32,998 bases of DNA from a virus (taxonomy: Duplodnaviria; Caudoviricetes), in IMG/VR virus record IMGVR_UViG_3300034349_000032, positions 1 to 32,998 of that record; one strand, 5' to 3'. The position numbers were made by a program, and so were the translations under genes. The first letter of the stretch is position 1. The number at the start of each line of letters is the position of its first letter. Shown here piece after piece: positions 17,477 to 26,575 of this stretch. The notes under the pieces were generated by a model that was given only the letters and a program-made list of their open reading frames with translations, did not search any database and had not been told where the DNA came from.

Positions 17477-18754
17477 TTACGCTTTTATTTTTAAGCGTTT
17501 GATTGCCTGAAAATTCGTAACCGCTCCGCCTGTTCTTTTTGTCGTATAGAACAGAACGAATCCTTTCTCGGTTATGTTATCGCGTATGACACGGATTCCC
17601 ATGCGGTCAGCGATTGTATAACCTTCTTTGAAGTCTCCGAAGAGAATCGCGAGATCGTTATCAACAAGATCAGCAGGCATGTCACCGCCGAGAACGACTT
17701 CTTTGCCGAGAATCGTCATTCCTTTTGGACCGCTCCAGAGGAGAAGAGGATTCAGAAGATACTGACCATCTGTTCCTTTGAGAGTGCAGATATTTGCAAA
17801 AATCTTTCTGTGCATGAGCCATTTTGCGTTAGGCTGATATCCTTCAAGCAGCGCACCCTGTAGACCGATCAGATCATCTCCTGCGATCACGTTAGATCCG
17901 GCTGTTGTAACATCTTCAAGTTTGTTTCTCTCGTATTGTCCAGCGGTTCCCCATGCTGAATAAGAAAGAAGGCCGGAAGGCTTGCCGTTTCCATCACCTG
18001 AAATGAAAGCAGCGTTTTCTGTTCGTGTTATTTTGTCGATGATCTTGTTGCTGATCCATGATTCAGGACTGTTTATTGCATCATCAAGGAAGCGTTGTGT
18101 TGCTGCAGGCTGTGCATAAAGCTCATGAATAGGAATCTCGATTTCTGCGATTTTTCCGGATGCAGTTTTCGCGCGAGTTGCATTTTCAGAAACCCAACCG
18201 CAAGAAAGAGTATCGTCATCGTCAAGGGTAAACTTGACAACATCGGATGCCGTGTTCACAACGTTAGCCAGAGCGCGCATCGGTTCTGTCTCATAGAGGC
18301 GCTTAAGAATGCGACTCTGAACATCAGCCGGAACGAGATATCCGCCGTCAACGTTTGAGCCTTCGAAGAATGCTTTCACTTCCTGCATCCCGCGAACATC
18401 GGTATGGTCTACACCGAAGATGTCAGCGTATGCTTTAACCTCAGATTCAACGGCATCAGAGGAGATCGCGCTCTTATGCTTAAGAAACGACTTGAACTCT
18501 TTCGAGTATGCCGATGCTTCTTTCGTGTCGCCTGAATTCGCACCGCGAGCGATCACAAGTTCAAGCGCATCATGTCGGGTTTTTAGATCCGATATGAGCT
18601 GTGTCGTATTCTGAAAATCGCTCTGGAATTTTACCAGAGTTTCAGAAGTCATCTTGCCTTCTTCAACAAGCTTTTTATGCTCTGTCTGGATGCCTTCGAG
18701 AGACTTTGCTGCGAGATCAATTTTATCTTTGATCTCAGTTTCAAATGGTGTCAT
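17477..18754 (-). CDS. Major capsid protein, HK97 family
   Basis: N-terminal coiled-coil delta domain, DGGYLVP, ENAAFISGDGNGKPSGLL, ILFGDFKEGYTIADR. Confidence 0.96.
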   Translation of the reverse strand: MTPFETEIKDKIDLAAKSLEGIQTEHKKLVEEGKMTSETLVKFQSDFQNTTQLISDLKTRHDALELVIARGANSGDTKEASAYSKEFKSFLKHKSAISSDAVESEVKAYADIFGVDHTDVRGMQEVKAFFEGSNVDGGYLVPADVQSRILKRLYETEPMRALANVVNTASDVVKFTLDDDDTLSCGWVSENATRAKTASGKIAEIEIPIHELYAQPAATQRFLDDAINSPESWISNKIIDKITRTENAAFISGDGNGKPSGLLSYSAWGTAGQYERNKLEDVTTAGSNVIAGDDLIGLQGALLEGYQPNAKWLMHRKIFANICTLKGTDGQYLLNPLLLWSGPKGMTILGKEVVLGGDMPADLVDNDLAILFGDFKEGYTIADRMGIRVIRDNITEKGFVLFYTTKRTGGAVTNFQAIKRLKIKA

Positions 18755-19836
18755 GATTGAACACTCCTGTGTGTGATTTCGAGTTTTGATATAAATCCGT
18801 TTAATGCAGTCTTGATCTCTTCGCTTCCCGATTCGTCGGCTTTGAATTCGTCACTTTTCGTTGTGATAATTCCTGCGATGTAATCTGCTGCGTTCTTTGA
18901 CAATAATCCTGTTCGAAGCAAATGAGACATCATGCTCTTTGTCAAGCATTTTACCTCCGTTAGGCAATACGGAGACGCTTTTCCTTCCGCATCGTATGGC
19001 ATATCGAGAGCCATTCCTGTATAAAGATTATTGATCAGCTCTTTTAATGATTTGATTGCAGTATCAGAAAATGAATAGATTGCATCTGTTGCATCGATAG
19101 AAGCACGAACAGAAACAACCGCTCTTGGCATTGTTTTAATCTCTCCGTCTACAACATCACAGACAAGATTCTTGTATCCTGAGAATGAATCCTTCTGCTC
19201 TGTATCGACAAGAATAAAGCATTTTGCATATTCATCATTCGGAGCATCAATCGCTCCGGTCTTTTCACGAATGCGCATCTCTGCAGCGACAGCATCCCAT
19301 TTTACATCTTTGTCTCCGAAGACAGAAGGGAAAGACTCTTTCGAATTGACCGATTTTACCTCTGTAATAATTGCAGCAGGATTCATCGGGATGTCTGTCG
19401 GGGATCCTTCCCATATCGAAGCAACCTGAATCATCCTCACTGCATTTTCAAATGTGCTTTTTTCTGCACGATATCCGATAGAAAATGCAGGATACGCTTT
19501 TTGCTTAACAAGAGAATAACAATCCCTTCCCTGTTCAACTTCAAGATTGATTTCGCCTTCTCCATACAATCCTTTCTCATCTTCAAGCAGCGTTTCAGCC
19601 GGAAATATTCCGACCGTTCTTCCGTGACTGTCTTTGAGCGGTATCTGCCCTCTGTTCGCTTTGATATCTTTCAGCGAATCAGCAAAGCAACCCTTGACGA
19701 ACATATCATTGCATCGGTCCTGGTCCCATGTTGCAATATACCCTTTGACGATTCCGACAGGAATGCCTTGTCTATTCGTCATTTCTTTAAACTCTATAAT
19801 CTGACCGCCGATAAATTTCTTTTCAATGTTTTTCAT
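18751..19836 (-). CDS. Prohead protease (HK97 family) with C-terminal extension
   Basis: VKGYIATW..DRCNDMFVKGCF, DSH, EDEKGLYGEG, FSIGY, IWEGS...PMNPAA. Confidence 0.92.
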   Translation of the reverse strand: MKNIEKKFIGGQIIEFKEMTNRQGIPVGIVKGYIATWDQDRCNDMFVKGCFADSLKDIKANRGQIPLKDSHGRTVGIFPAETLLEDEKGLYGEGEINLEVEQGRDCYSLVKQKAYPAFSIGYRAEKSTFENAVRMIQVASIWEGSPTDIPMNPAAIITEVKSVNSKESFPSVFGDKDVKWDAVAAEMRIREKTGAIDAPNDEYAKCFILVDTEQKDSFSGYKNLVCDVVDGEIKTMPRAVVSVRASIDATDAIYSFSDTAIKSLKELINNLYTGMALDMPYDAEGKASPYCLTEVKCLTKSMMSHLLRTGLLSKNAADYIAGIITTKSDEFKADESGSEEIKTALNGFISKLEITHRSVQS

Positions 19837-19849
19837 TGTATTACCCCTT

Positions 19850-20824
19850 TTAAATAAATACTGTTACACAATTGCATCCGCAAATTTCAGAAAGCGGAGC
19901 ACCGTAAGAACCGTCCATCGGATACATCATCGGATATCCTCCGACAATAAACGGTTCATCTATTGGGATCGGCTTTCCCTCTCCATAATCCGCTCCGGCC
20001 TGAATATGTGTCTGTCTTGAATGATAATATGCAGGCTGCCAAGCCTTCCCAGAAGAACCCATCTCCTCTGCTGTTCGCTCCATTGAGTTTAACGCTTCCC
20101 CTTGTGATAATGGAGTGATCATTCTATCCCGAACATCTGAAAGCTCGTTCAATACGTCTTCTTGTCTTAATGAATTAGGCATCTTTGCGAGCGCAAGTAT
20201 TTGATCTGATAGCGTTCTCGCTGCTGAAAAATTTCCTTCCCGAATTAAGTTTGCAACTTCTTTAACCATCCCGGGAAGAGGAGCGTCTATTCCCATTACA
20301 ACGGTATTAACTCCCATCTCAATCGGCCAGTTTGTTTCCGTAACGCCTATTATCATCCGGTGATTATTCAAATAGCTGTTATACGCTGCGCGAGCTTCTT
20401 TCTGACTCCATCCGTTCGCGATCGCTGCAGTTGTCACCATGTCTGCGTATTTATCCATTGTCGAATCGATATATGGAGCATTTAACGTAAGGCGGTCATC
20501 AACTTTTCGGCTTATTCCCTGCGCTATGCTTTTATATAGATCGTCAATCTGTGTCCGTGTTATTGTTTTGTGTTGTCGGTAATTGAACTTTGTTACTTTT
20601 TCAACCATTCGATCGTAATGCCGTCTTAATACTCTCGGTACGTCCTGCGATACGTCTCTTGATAAAGATCGATCGCCTATTCTGAAATCGGATACTGCTC
20701 CACGTATGAGATGATTCCATTCACGAATAAAAGCAATCTGTCCGGCTGTTTTCAAAGAGAAAATTGCATCCGCATTTTTCGATAATCTTGTTCTTTTGCT
20801 TTTGATACTAATCGGTTGTATCAT
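19850..20824 (-). CDS. Minor head protein (Mu gpF/SPP1 gp7-like)
   Basis: KAW...RQTH...IPIDEPFIVGG..MMYPMD...EICGCNC C-terminus; start trimmed to 20824. Confidence 0.85.
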   Translation of the reverse strand: MIQPISIKSKRTRLSKNADAIFSLKTAGQIAFIREWNHLIRGAVSDFRIGDRSLSRDVSQDVPRVLRRHYDRMVEKVTKFNYRQHKTITRTQIDDLYKSIAQGISRKVDDRLTLNAPYIDSTMDKYADMVTTAAIANGWSQKEARAAYNSYLNNHRMIIGVTETNWPIEMGVNTVVMGIDAPLPGMVKEVANLIREGNFSAARTLSDQILALAKMPNSLRQEDVLNELSDVRDRMITPLSQGEALNSMERTAEEMGSSGKAWQPAYYHSRQTHIQAGADYGEGKPIPIDEPFIVGGYPMMYPMDGSYGAPLSEICGCNCVTVFI

Positions 20825-22184
20825 CTTCGGTCTCATCATCCATATTATCTTCTGGAGGAACTGTCTCGGTTGGTTTGTAAGGTGTCGGATTCGATTCTTC
20901 TGGAAGCGGTCCGATGGATACGGCCTGCAATGGAAGCTTTCCAGCTCCGACAAGAATAACGTCTCCATCCATATCAGGCTTAAGACCGCCGATTGCCCGG
21001 ATCTCGTTCACCCTGACAACTTCCGTATTTTTGAGCTGTGTCATATCCTCGGCAAGAACGCTTTGCAGATCTCGAATCGCAAGAACAGAGAAAGAAAGCT
21101 TCTCGTTTTCTTCGAGACCGTACCGCTCACCGAGACCGGACATAATGCCATCAGCCAGCATATTAAACACAGGAAAAACAGCCTTGTCATAATATGCCCG
21201 TTGTGATGTTGTTAGATTATCGTATGTCATCGACTCAGAAAGAACCAAAGGCAGCGGAATTTTAAATGCGTTATATATCTCGACTTTAGATTCCTTAAGA
21301 AGCGCAATGAAATCCATGTCTTTATTGTTTTGAGTGATTCCGTCTATCTGGGCCGGCGCACCGAGAATCAGAATGTTGCCTGCGTTTTCAGATCCCTGAT
21401 GGAAGTTTCGGATATTCTGTTCAAGAGCTTTGACTTTTTTATCATCCCATTTGTTTGATCCGGTTGTGTCGGTTCTCGGAGATAATATTCCGCTCGTTCT
21501 GAGTCCATTTTTCAGGAGAGATACATTATGCCTCTTTCCGTCCGTACTCATTGCGATATCGTACACGACTTGATTAAGCTTTGAACGGCCTCTCCAATGA
21601 TCAAGCATTGAAACAGCACCGATGATCGGTATAATCTCATTCATTCCGATCTGATCAATAAAGCGCATTTTTCCGTTTATCATCGTTCGCTTATATGTCT
21701 TTCGGTCCCGATTGCAATTGGTTCTGACTTCTGTCGGAAGGCCATCGGTTGTCGATAGTAACACATCTACATCATACGGCCTCATAAACGTAATAGCCAG
21801 AGCCGGACTGGTAATGATGCCCCTTGCTATGATCCATGCTTCCTGTGTGAGAAGAAACGATTCGGCAAGTTCTCGCCTGAATTGAGATCCTGAATATCCT
21901 TCTCCAGGGTTATTAAGCAAGCGAACAAGATCGTTCTTGAATTCCAGCTCTCCGTCTTCGTCTTTGATTCCGATTACAAGCGCAGAGATTGAATCTGATA
22001 TCCTTCCGACAGCATCACCGAGCGGACCGCATTTGTCTGAAAGCTCGTATGCCCTTCTTGGCAGAATGTGAATTGCTGTATATCCGAAGAAGTTAATATT
22101 CCCTGTGAATTGATCAAGATCATGTTCGGTTGTTGAATAAGCCTTCCCGGTTATAAAAGAAAATGCCTTTTTTAATATATTCAT
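20808..22184 (-). CDS. Portal protein (HK97 family)
   Basis: AVGRISDSIS, LLNNP, RGRSKL, LKNGLRTSGIL, GSENAG, DMDF, IYNAFKIP, VNEIR. Confidence 0.93.
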   Translation of the reverse strand: MNILKKAFSFITGKAYSTTEHDLDQFTGNINFFGYTAIHILPRRAYELSDKCGPLGDAVGRISDSISALVIGIKDEDGELEFKNDLVRLLNNPGEGYSGSQFRRELAESFLLTQEAWIIARGIITSPALAITFMRPYDVDVLLSTTDGLPTEVRTNCNRDRKTYKRTMINGKMRFIDQIGMNEIIPIIGAVSMLDHWRGRSKLNQVVYDIAMSTDGKRHNVSLLKNGLRTSGILSPRTDTTGSNKWDDKKVKALEQNIRNFHQGSENAGNILILGAPAQIDGITQNNKDMDFIALLKESKVEIYNAFKIPLPLVLSESMTYDNLTTSQRAYYDKAVFPVFNMLADGIMSGLGERYGLEENEKLSFSVLAIRDLQSVLAEDMTQLKNTEVVRVNEIRAIGGLKPDMDGDVILVGAGKLPLQAVSIGPLPEESNPTPYKPTETVPPEDNMDDETEDDTTD

Positions 22185-22210
22185 ATCATTACCCGATTAT
22201 GTAACATTAT

Positions 22211-22222
22211 ATTTGTCAATTA
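22211..22222 (-). promoter_or_regulatory. Late-module motif TAATTGACNAAT (copy upstream of portal)
   Basis: TAATTGACAAAT ending 26 nt before the portal ATG. Confidence 0.55.
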
Positions 22223-22259
22223 AATATTTGACACAGGAGCATCCTATTCGATATTAAAC

Positions 22260-22334
22260 ACAGCTCCATTGTTCTACGCTTCGCACACCTCTTTAGTGCA
22301 AAAGGGCAGAGTTTGTTTCTCTGCCCTTTCTTTT
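22260..22334 (+). ncRNA. Candidate small antisense-strand RNA
   Basis: Plus-strand TTGACA (22228-33) with GATATT/TATTAA 16-18 nt later, small hairpin GCAC-acctcttta-GTGC, then terminator with TTTCTTTT. Confidence 0.3.
22301..22334. terminator. Intrinsic terminator, probably bidirectional
   Basis: AAAGGGCAGAG-tttgttt-CTCTGCCCTTT perfect 11-bp stem with T runs on both strands. Confidence 0.85.
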
Positions 22335-22373
22335 ACCCTCCATCATTAGATTTAAGTCTTTATAATAAGGTAC

Positions 22374-22643
22374 TCACACGCGACGGTAATCTTTAATAAA
22401 CATCACATCCGTTCGGTCCGGCCTGTTGTCTCTGCTGCAAACTTCTTTCTCGCAAAGATACCCGTATGAATGATCCTGATTGCATGCACAATCCTTGCAT
22501 GTCGTTCTCGGCACTATCTTGACACGGCCTTTTCTGGAGTATACAAACGAATCAACGGAATATCTTTCTTTTCTGTACTTTGCTTTTCTTTCTTTCGATT
22601 CATCATTCTTCATAGCTTCGGTCATCTCTTTAGCTCTTGTCAT
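22374..22643 (-). CDS. Hypothetical protein with Cys cluster
   Basis: GGAG RBS; CKDCAC...C...CSRDNRPD. Confidence 0.7.
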   Translation of the reverse strand: MTRAKEMTEAMKNDESKERKAKYRKERYSVDSFVYSRKGRVKIVPRTTCKDCACNQDHSYGYLCEKEVCSRDNRPDRTDVMFIKDYRRV

Positions 22644-22653
22644 ACGATCTCCA

Positions 22654-22854
22654 TTAATAAAGGTTATATATTGGCAATATGAACTTTAACGCTATATACA
22701 CAGCAAACAGAAAGCAGAGTAATGCAATAAATACGCTCAGTCTCGGATTCGTTTTGTAATGTTCGTCAATCAGATGATATGCGATTGTTGTAATGATCAG
22801 TAAGCACATCGCATAAATAAAAAGGCAGAGAATATCAAATATAAATTGTGTCAT
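22654..22854 (-). CDS. Small two-TM membrane protein
   Basis: Two hydrophobic helices; ATGA overlap with terminase stop. Confidence 0.65.
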   Translation of the reverse strand: MTQFIFDILCLFIYAMCLLIITTIAYHLIDEHYKTNPRLSVFIALLCFLFAVYIALKFILPIYNLY

Positions 22855-24347
22855 GCCATACCTACCCCGAAATCAGAACTCGGATCGATTCCGCTCTTTT
22901 CATAGACACCTGTTAATGAATCGGCAGCGTCGTCAAATGAATTTGCAGAGAATAACTTTTTAAATCTGAGTAGCTCGTTTGAGAAAAGAGGGAATCTTTC
23001 TATCCAATCCGGAGGCATCAGGATCGTTCTCATGCAGTTCGGTGCACTGGTTATTATACGGCTTTCTTTGTTCTGCTTCTGCCAATGATCATTAATTGAT
23101 ATTTCCCCGTGATTCTTTTCTCTGAGTATACGGATTACATTTCGAGCGAATGATCGGCCTCCAGCGTTGCTTTCTATATCGCAGTCTTGTGTATTGTTCC
23201 GAATAAGCAGATCGGCAACCTCTATCTCTGTTACTTCTTGCGGTTCTGATGTATGATATACGTCAGTTATTGCTATCATGTTTGTATTCGTAACACCGTA
23301 GCAGATAGCGCAAAGGCGATCCTTCCCTGTGTCCGCTACGTCAATATAGCATTTACGTGAATACAGCTCCGGCTGATCAATCCAAAGATTAAAGCCTGAA
23401 CTGTAGAGCAATCCTGTTTTCGGAATCGGATTTCCCTGATATAACGTCTCCCATGTGTCAGCGTCTCCATCTTTTAAAAGCCGTCTTCTTGTTTCTTCAA
23501 GCTTTTCTCTGCTGTGTCGCTGCGGATATAGCGCATCGCCTTTTTCTCGTTTATCGATATCGGTTTTCTCTGTTACTTTCAAAGCTTCGAAGTTTATATG
23601 ATACCATTTTGACGGATCGCAATCATCAAACTGCTGAAGGCTTGTAATATCTATTACATCGGAAGTCTTCCTGATATACCCGATCAAATCCTCTTCGTTC
23701 CATCGCGTGAAAACCATCAATTGTCTGCTGAAATTATGAAGCCGAGATTCTGCTACCGTGTTATACCAATCAATAACACCTCTGCGGATGATCGGGCTGT
23801 TTGCCTCGCTTGCGTTCTTGTATAAGTCATCCATGATCAGAATATCAACAGGTTCTCCGGTCAATCCTCCACCGCGTCCGACAAAGAACAGATTCCCCGT
23901 TTTATCTCCTGCCGGAATATCCACAATGTCCGCGGAGTTTGTGCTGTTGTAATCTTTGTTTTCTGGAAGTCTTGTATTCGGGAAAAGTATTCTATAATTC
24001 GGATCGGACATTGTGCGCTTTATCTCTCGCCCGAATCTCCGCGCCATGCTCGATGAATAAGAGCAGATCGCAAGCTTTGTCTCTGGATTCCTTCCCATGA
24101 TGAAAGCCGGGAGCCGTCTTGTCGAAACATGGGATTTTCCTGTCTGCGGAGGAATAGAAACCATCAGCTTCCGGATCTTCCCCGTTACCCATGCTTGAAT
24201 GATTGCGATATACGCTTCATGAAAAGGAGTGAACTCGTAATCGTCATCCATCCGGTCTATAAAATCGCGCATTCTCCTGCGCTGCAGCTCCCTGCAGCAT
24301 AGTTCATAATCAAGCTCAAAGATTTTTTGAAGTTTCTCATTTTTCAT
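22851..24347 (-). CDS. terL: Terminase large subunit
   Basis: Walker A PPQTGKS, GGGLTG, Walker B ILIMDD, TRWNEEDL, nuclease YIDVA, IESN, DDAADSLT. Confidence 0.95.
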   Translation of the reverse strand: MKNEKLQKIFELDYELCCRELQRRRMRDFIDRMDDDYEFTPFHEAYIAIIQAWVTGKIRKLMVSIPPQTGKSHVSTRRLPAFIMGRNPETKLAICSYSSSMARRFGREIKRTMSDPNYRILFPNTRLPENKDYNSTNSADIVDIPAGDKTGNLFFVGRGGGLTGEPVDILIMDDLYKNASEANSPIIRRGVIDWYNTVAESRLHNFSRQLMVFTRWNEEDLIGYIRKTSDVIDITSLQQFDDCDPSKWYHINFEALKVTEKTDIDKREKGDALYPQRHSREKLEETRRRLLKDGDADTWETLYQGNPIPKTGLLYSSGFNLWIDQPELYSRKCYIDVADTGKDRLCAICYGVTNTNMIAITDVYHTSEPQEVTEIEVADLLIRNNTQDCDIESNAGGRSFARNVIRILREKNHGEISINDHWQKQNKESRIITSAPNCMRTILMPPDWIERFPLFSNELLRFKKLFSANSFDDAADSLTGVYEKSGIDPSSDFGVGMA

Positions 24348-24783
24348 TTTCGGTTATTTTGCTTTGCAGATCTGCTTTCATTTTCAAAAGAACATCGTCC
24401 GTATATGTTGAAGCCGGGTTATCTGCTGGCCTGCTATCAACAAAGTTAACCGTTTCAGGAGCCTTCCCGAATGCCCGGTCCTCATAGTCTTTTATTCCGC
24501 GGTAATCATTCCGGATGTATGCGTTCAATATTGCCCGTTCTCCAAGCGTTATCGTTTCCATGTTTAAAGATCTGGCCTCGCTCGCTGTCATAAGCCGAAC
24601 CTTAAGAACAGCCCGGATTAAATCACCATAGCCCATGATTCGAGCAGCTCTGACATCTGATGGAACTTGCGGACGGCCTCCAGGATTAAGAACCTGTCCT
24701 TTTTTAATCGGCTTTCCGACAATTCTTCTCTTCTTTGGTTTATCTGCTTTTTCAATGTTTTTTTGTGCATCTTTCTTCTTCAT
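24337..24783 (-). CDS. terS: Terminase small subunit (putative)
   Basis: KKGQVLNPGGRP motif and DRAFGKA; overlaps terL start. Confidence 0.75.
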   Translation of the reverse strand: MKKKDAQKNIEKADKPKKRRIVGKPIKKGQVLNPGGRPQVPSDVRAARIMGYGDLIRAVLKVRLMTASEARSLNMETITLGERAILNAYIRNDYRGIKDYEDRAFGKAPETVNFVDSRPADNPASTYTDDVLLKMKADLQSKITENEK

Positions 24784-24809
24784 GTCAGTTATATAACCTT
24801 AAAGCTATG

Positions 24810-24821
24810 ATTCGTCAATTA
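24810..24821 (-). promoter_or_regulatory. Late-module motif TAATTGACNAAT (copy upstream of terS)
   Basis: TAATTGACGAAT; TTGACG-17 nt-TATATA-6 nt-ATG. Confidence 0.55.
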
Positions 24822-24828
24822 CAATTAT

Positions 24829-25071
24829 CTATAAGTCTTCAAGCTCAATTTGAAGTTCTGTAATTATTTGGTCAATCAGAAGAAACAATCTTTCAGTGTG
24901 CCTAGTATCGATTATTATCTTTTCGCTGGATCTTTCAGGATTATAATGCTGCATTATTTCAAAATGCACACAGTTCCTGTACTCTCTACATTCCAGAAAT
25001 TTCTTATACCGGAGTAATTCTCCTATTTCTTTTGATAGGCCATATCCTTTTTCAGCTTTTTCTTGTTTCAT
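24829..25071 (-). CDS. Hypothetical protein
   Basis: 80 aa, AAGGAG RBS. Confidence 0.7.
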   Translation of the reverse strand: MKQEKAEKGYGLSKEIGELLRYKKFLECREYRNCVHFEIMQHYNPERSSEKIIIDTRHTERLFLLIDQIITELQIELEDL

Positions 25072-25124
25072 GATGTTAGCTCCTTACAATAACGGTTTTA
25101 TTTACCTGAACAGTCTTTCTTAAA

Positions 25125-25451
25125 TCATGCTCCCTTTTCCTTGATGTATTCTTTTATTGCTTTGAGATAGAATAAAAAGTTTTTTTTGTCGCCTTTTTTA
25201 TCCGCTTCAAATAGGCTATCCCATAGCCCACCACAGCAAGACTTGTCTTTCAGTTTGCACAGATAGCAAGATAAAACCGTTTCTGTTCTCATGGCACAGC
25301 AGTATTCGCAAGATTCACCGAACCATGATTCCTTTATCTCTTCAAACATTTCTAATGAATCGGTAATACCTGTTCTTTCGACAAATTCAATCATTCGGTC
25401 ATAATGCTTTATTGATTCCGCTTGTAGCTTTTTCCAGTTGATCGACTTCAT
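25125..25451 (-). CDS. Cys-rich hypothetical protein
   Basis: Start at MKSINW after GGAGG; CEYC, CYLC, CC. Confidence 0.7.
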   Translation of the reverse strand: MKSINWKKLQAESIKHYDRMIEFVERTGITDSLEMFEEIKESWFGESCEYCCAMRTETVLSCYLCKLKDKSCCGGLWDSLFEADKKGDKKNFLFYLKAIKEYIKEKGA

Positions 25452-25678
25452 TGTGCCTCCCTGAACATCTTGGCAGCCTGCTTCATTCGGAACCGCTGGA
25501 TCTCTCTCCGTGTAGCAAGCCGGAATATAAAGTTTTGAGGATAGCATCCAAGCTCTCGCGAACCGCCCGATTTTGTGAATCTCGGATGATTGCATTTCGG
25601 AGCATCCTTTATTGACATAAAGACACATCCGAAGCATGAATTCCGATATACTTCTTTGTCTTTTATGCAGTATCTCAT
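25448..25678 (-). CDS. Cys-containing hypothetical protein
   Basis: Start at MRYCIK after GGAGG; CFGCVF...C...GC. Confidence 0.7.
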   Translation of the reverse strand: MRYCIKDKEVYRNSCFGCVFMSIKDAPKCNHPRFTKSGGSRELGCYPQNFIFRLATRREIQRFRMKQAAKMFREAQ

Positions 25679-25679
25679 G

Positions 25680-25934
25680 TCAGCCCTCCGGGTTAAATAA
25701 CGGCAGCGTTTCATGATCATATTCAAGATACTGTTTCGCAAATTGAAACATTGTGCATGTGCCGTCATGCTGTATGAGCATATTAAGAATAGATGTTGCA
25801 ACCTTATTATTCACCGCTTCATAATTAAAGTTCATTTGTGCTGAATAAATAGGGCAAGCTCCTTCTCCGAGTTTGCATTTCATGCATTGTTCATCTAGGC
25901 AATCGCCATCTGATCCGTTTGAGAAATACGCCAT
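25680..25934 (-). CDS. Cys-rich hypothetical phage protein
   Basis: AGGAGG RBS; MAYFSNGSDG...CMKC...CPI...C. Confidence 0.75.
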   Translation of the reverse strand: MAYFSNGSDGDCLDEQCMKCKLGEGACPIYSAQMNFNYEAVNNKVATSILNMLIQHDGTCTMFQFAKQYLEYDHETLPLFNPEG

Positions 25935-25949
25935 TGTTCTTCCTCCTTC

Positions 25950-26150
25950 TCAAATAAATGTTAAATAATCCGCGTTACATGCCTGCGCTGTGTATTCCAA
26001 AAAATTGTCCTGATCATAACAATGAAATACGACAAACACAAAATGGTCATTCCACGATTTCAATAATCCTTGTATCGGTTCTTTTTTACCGTCGCTGTAC
26101 TCTACCAACCGCCCGATGTCTATTTCAGTTAAAGCATTCTGTATTATCAT
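25950..26150 (-). CDS. Hypothetical protein (SH3/KOW-like beta barrel possible)
   Basis: DIGRLVEY...GLLKSWNDHFVFVVF; ATGA overlap start at 26150. Confidence 0.7.
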   Translation of the reverse strand: MIIQNALTEIDIGRLVEYSDGKKEPIQGLLKSWNDHFVFVVFHCYDQDNFLEYTAQACNADYLTFI

Positions 26151-26323
26151 TTGATTACCTTTCCGCAATATGGGCAGTACTTCATATTATTTTCTGCCGG
26201 AGTGCCGTTGATGATTATAAAAGTATGTCCGCAATTAGTATCAAATGAATTTTCACAATCCATGTCAAAATCTGATACCCATTTACAATATTCAGTTTTC
26301 TTTCTAGGTAGATTACCTTTCAT
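26147..26323 (-). CDS. Small zinc-ribbon protein, 58 aa
   Basis: Manually translated MKGNLPRKKTEYCKW...TNCGH...MKYCPYCGKVIK; GAGG RBS; not in the ORF track. Confidence 0.75.
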   Translation of the reverse strand: MKGNLPRKKTEYCKWVSDFDMDCENSFDTNCGHTFIIINGTPAENNMKYCPYCGKVIK

Positions 26324-26332
26324 ATATTACCT

Positions 26333-26575
26333 CTACAAGTTTTTTAATAATCGAATTGCCATTGCCCCAACCTGAACGGCCTCCTCGATTACATGTTTAA
26401 TATTCTTCTGAGATACTTTTTTGTAATATAGATCAAGACAAGCCTGCGTTAACTCTCCTGACTCTTCGGCAACAATAGCGGATTGATGAACTATGTCTTT
26501 CGGCCATCTTGGATGCTTTGTTTCTGCTCTTTTTAATTCTTCAAGCAATAGAATTATAATGTCTTTTTCTTTCAT
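26333..26575 (-). CDS. MazG-like all-alpha NTP pyrophosphohydrolase
   Basis: IVAEESGEL...EEAVQVGAMAIR motif. Confidence 0.7.
   Translation of the reverse strand: MKEKDIIILLLEELKRAETKHPRWPKDIVHQSAIVAEESGELTQACLDLYYKKVSQKNIKHVIEEAVQVGAMAIRLLKNL

Noticed and set aside
22215-22269. 17-codon minus-strand ORF (MELCLISNRMLLCQIFN)
   Set aside because: Lies just past a terminator, SD too distant, overlaps promoter elements
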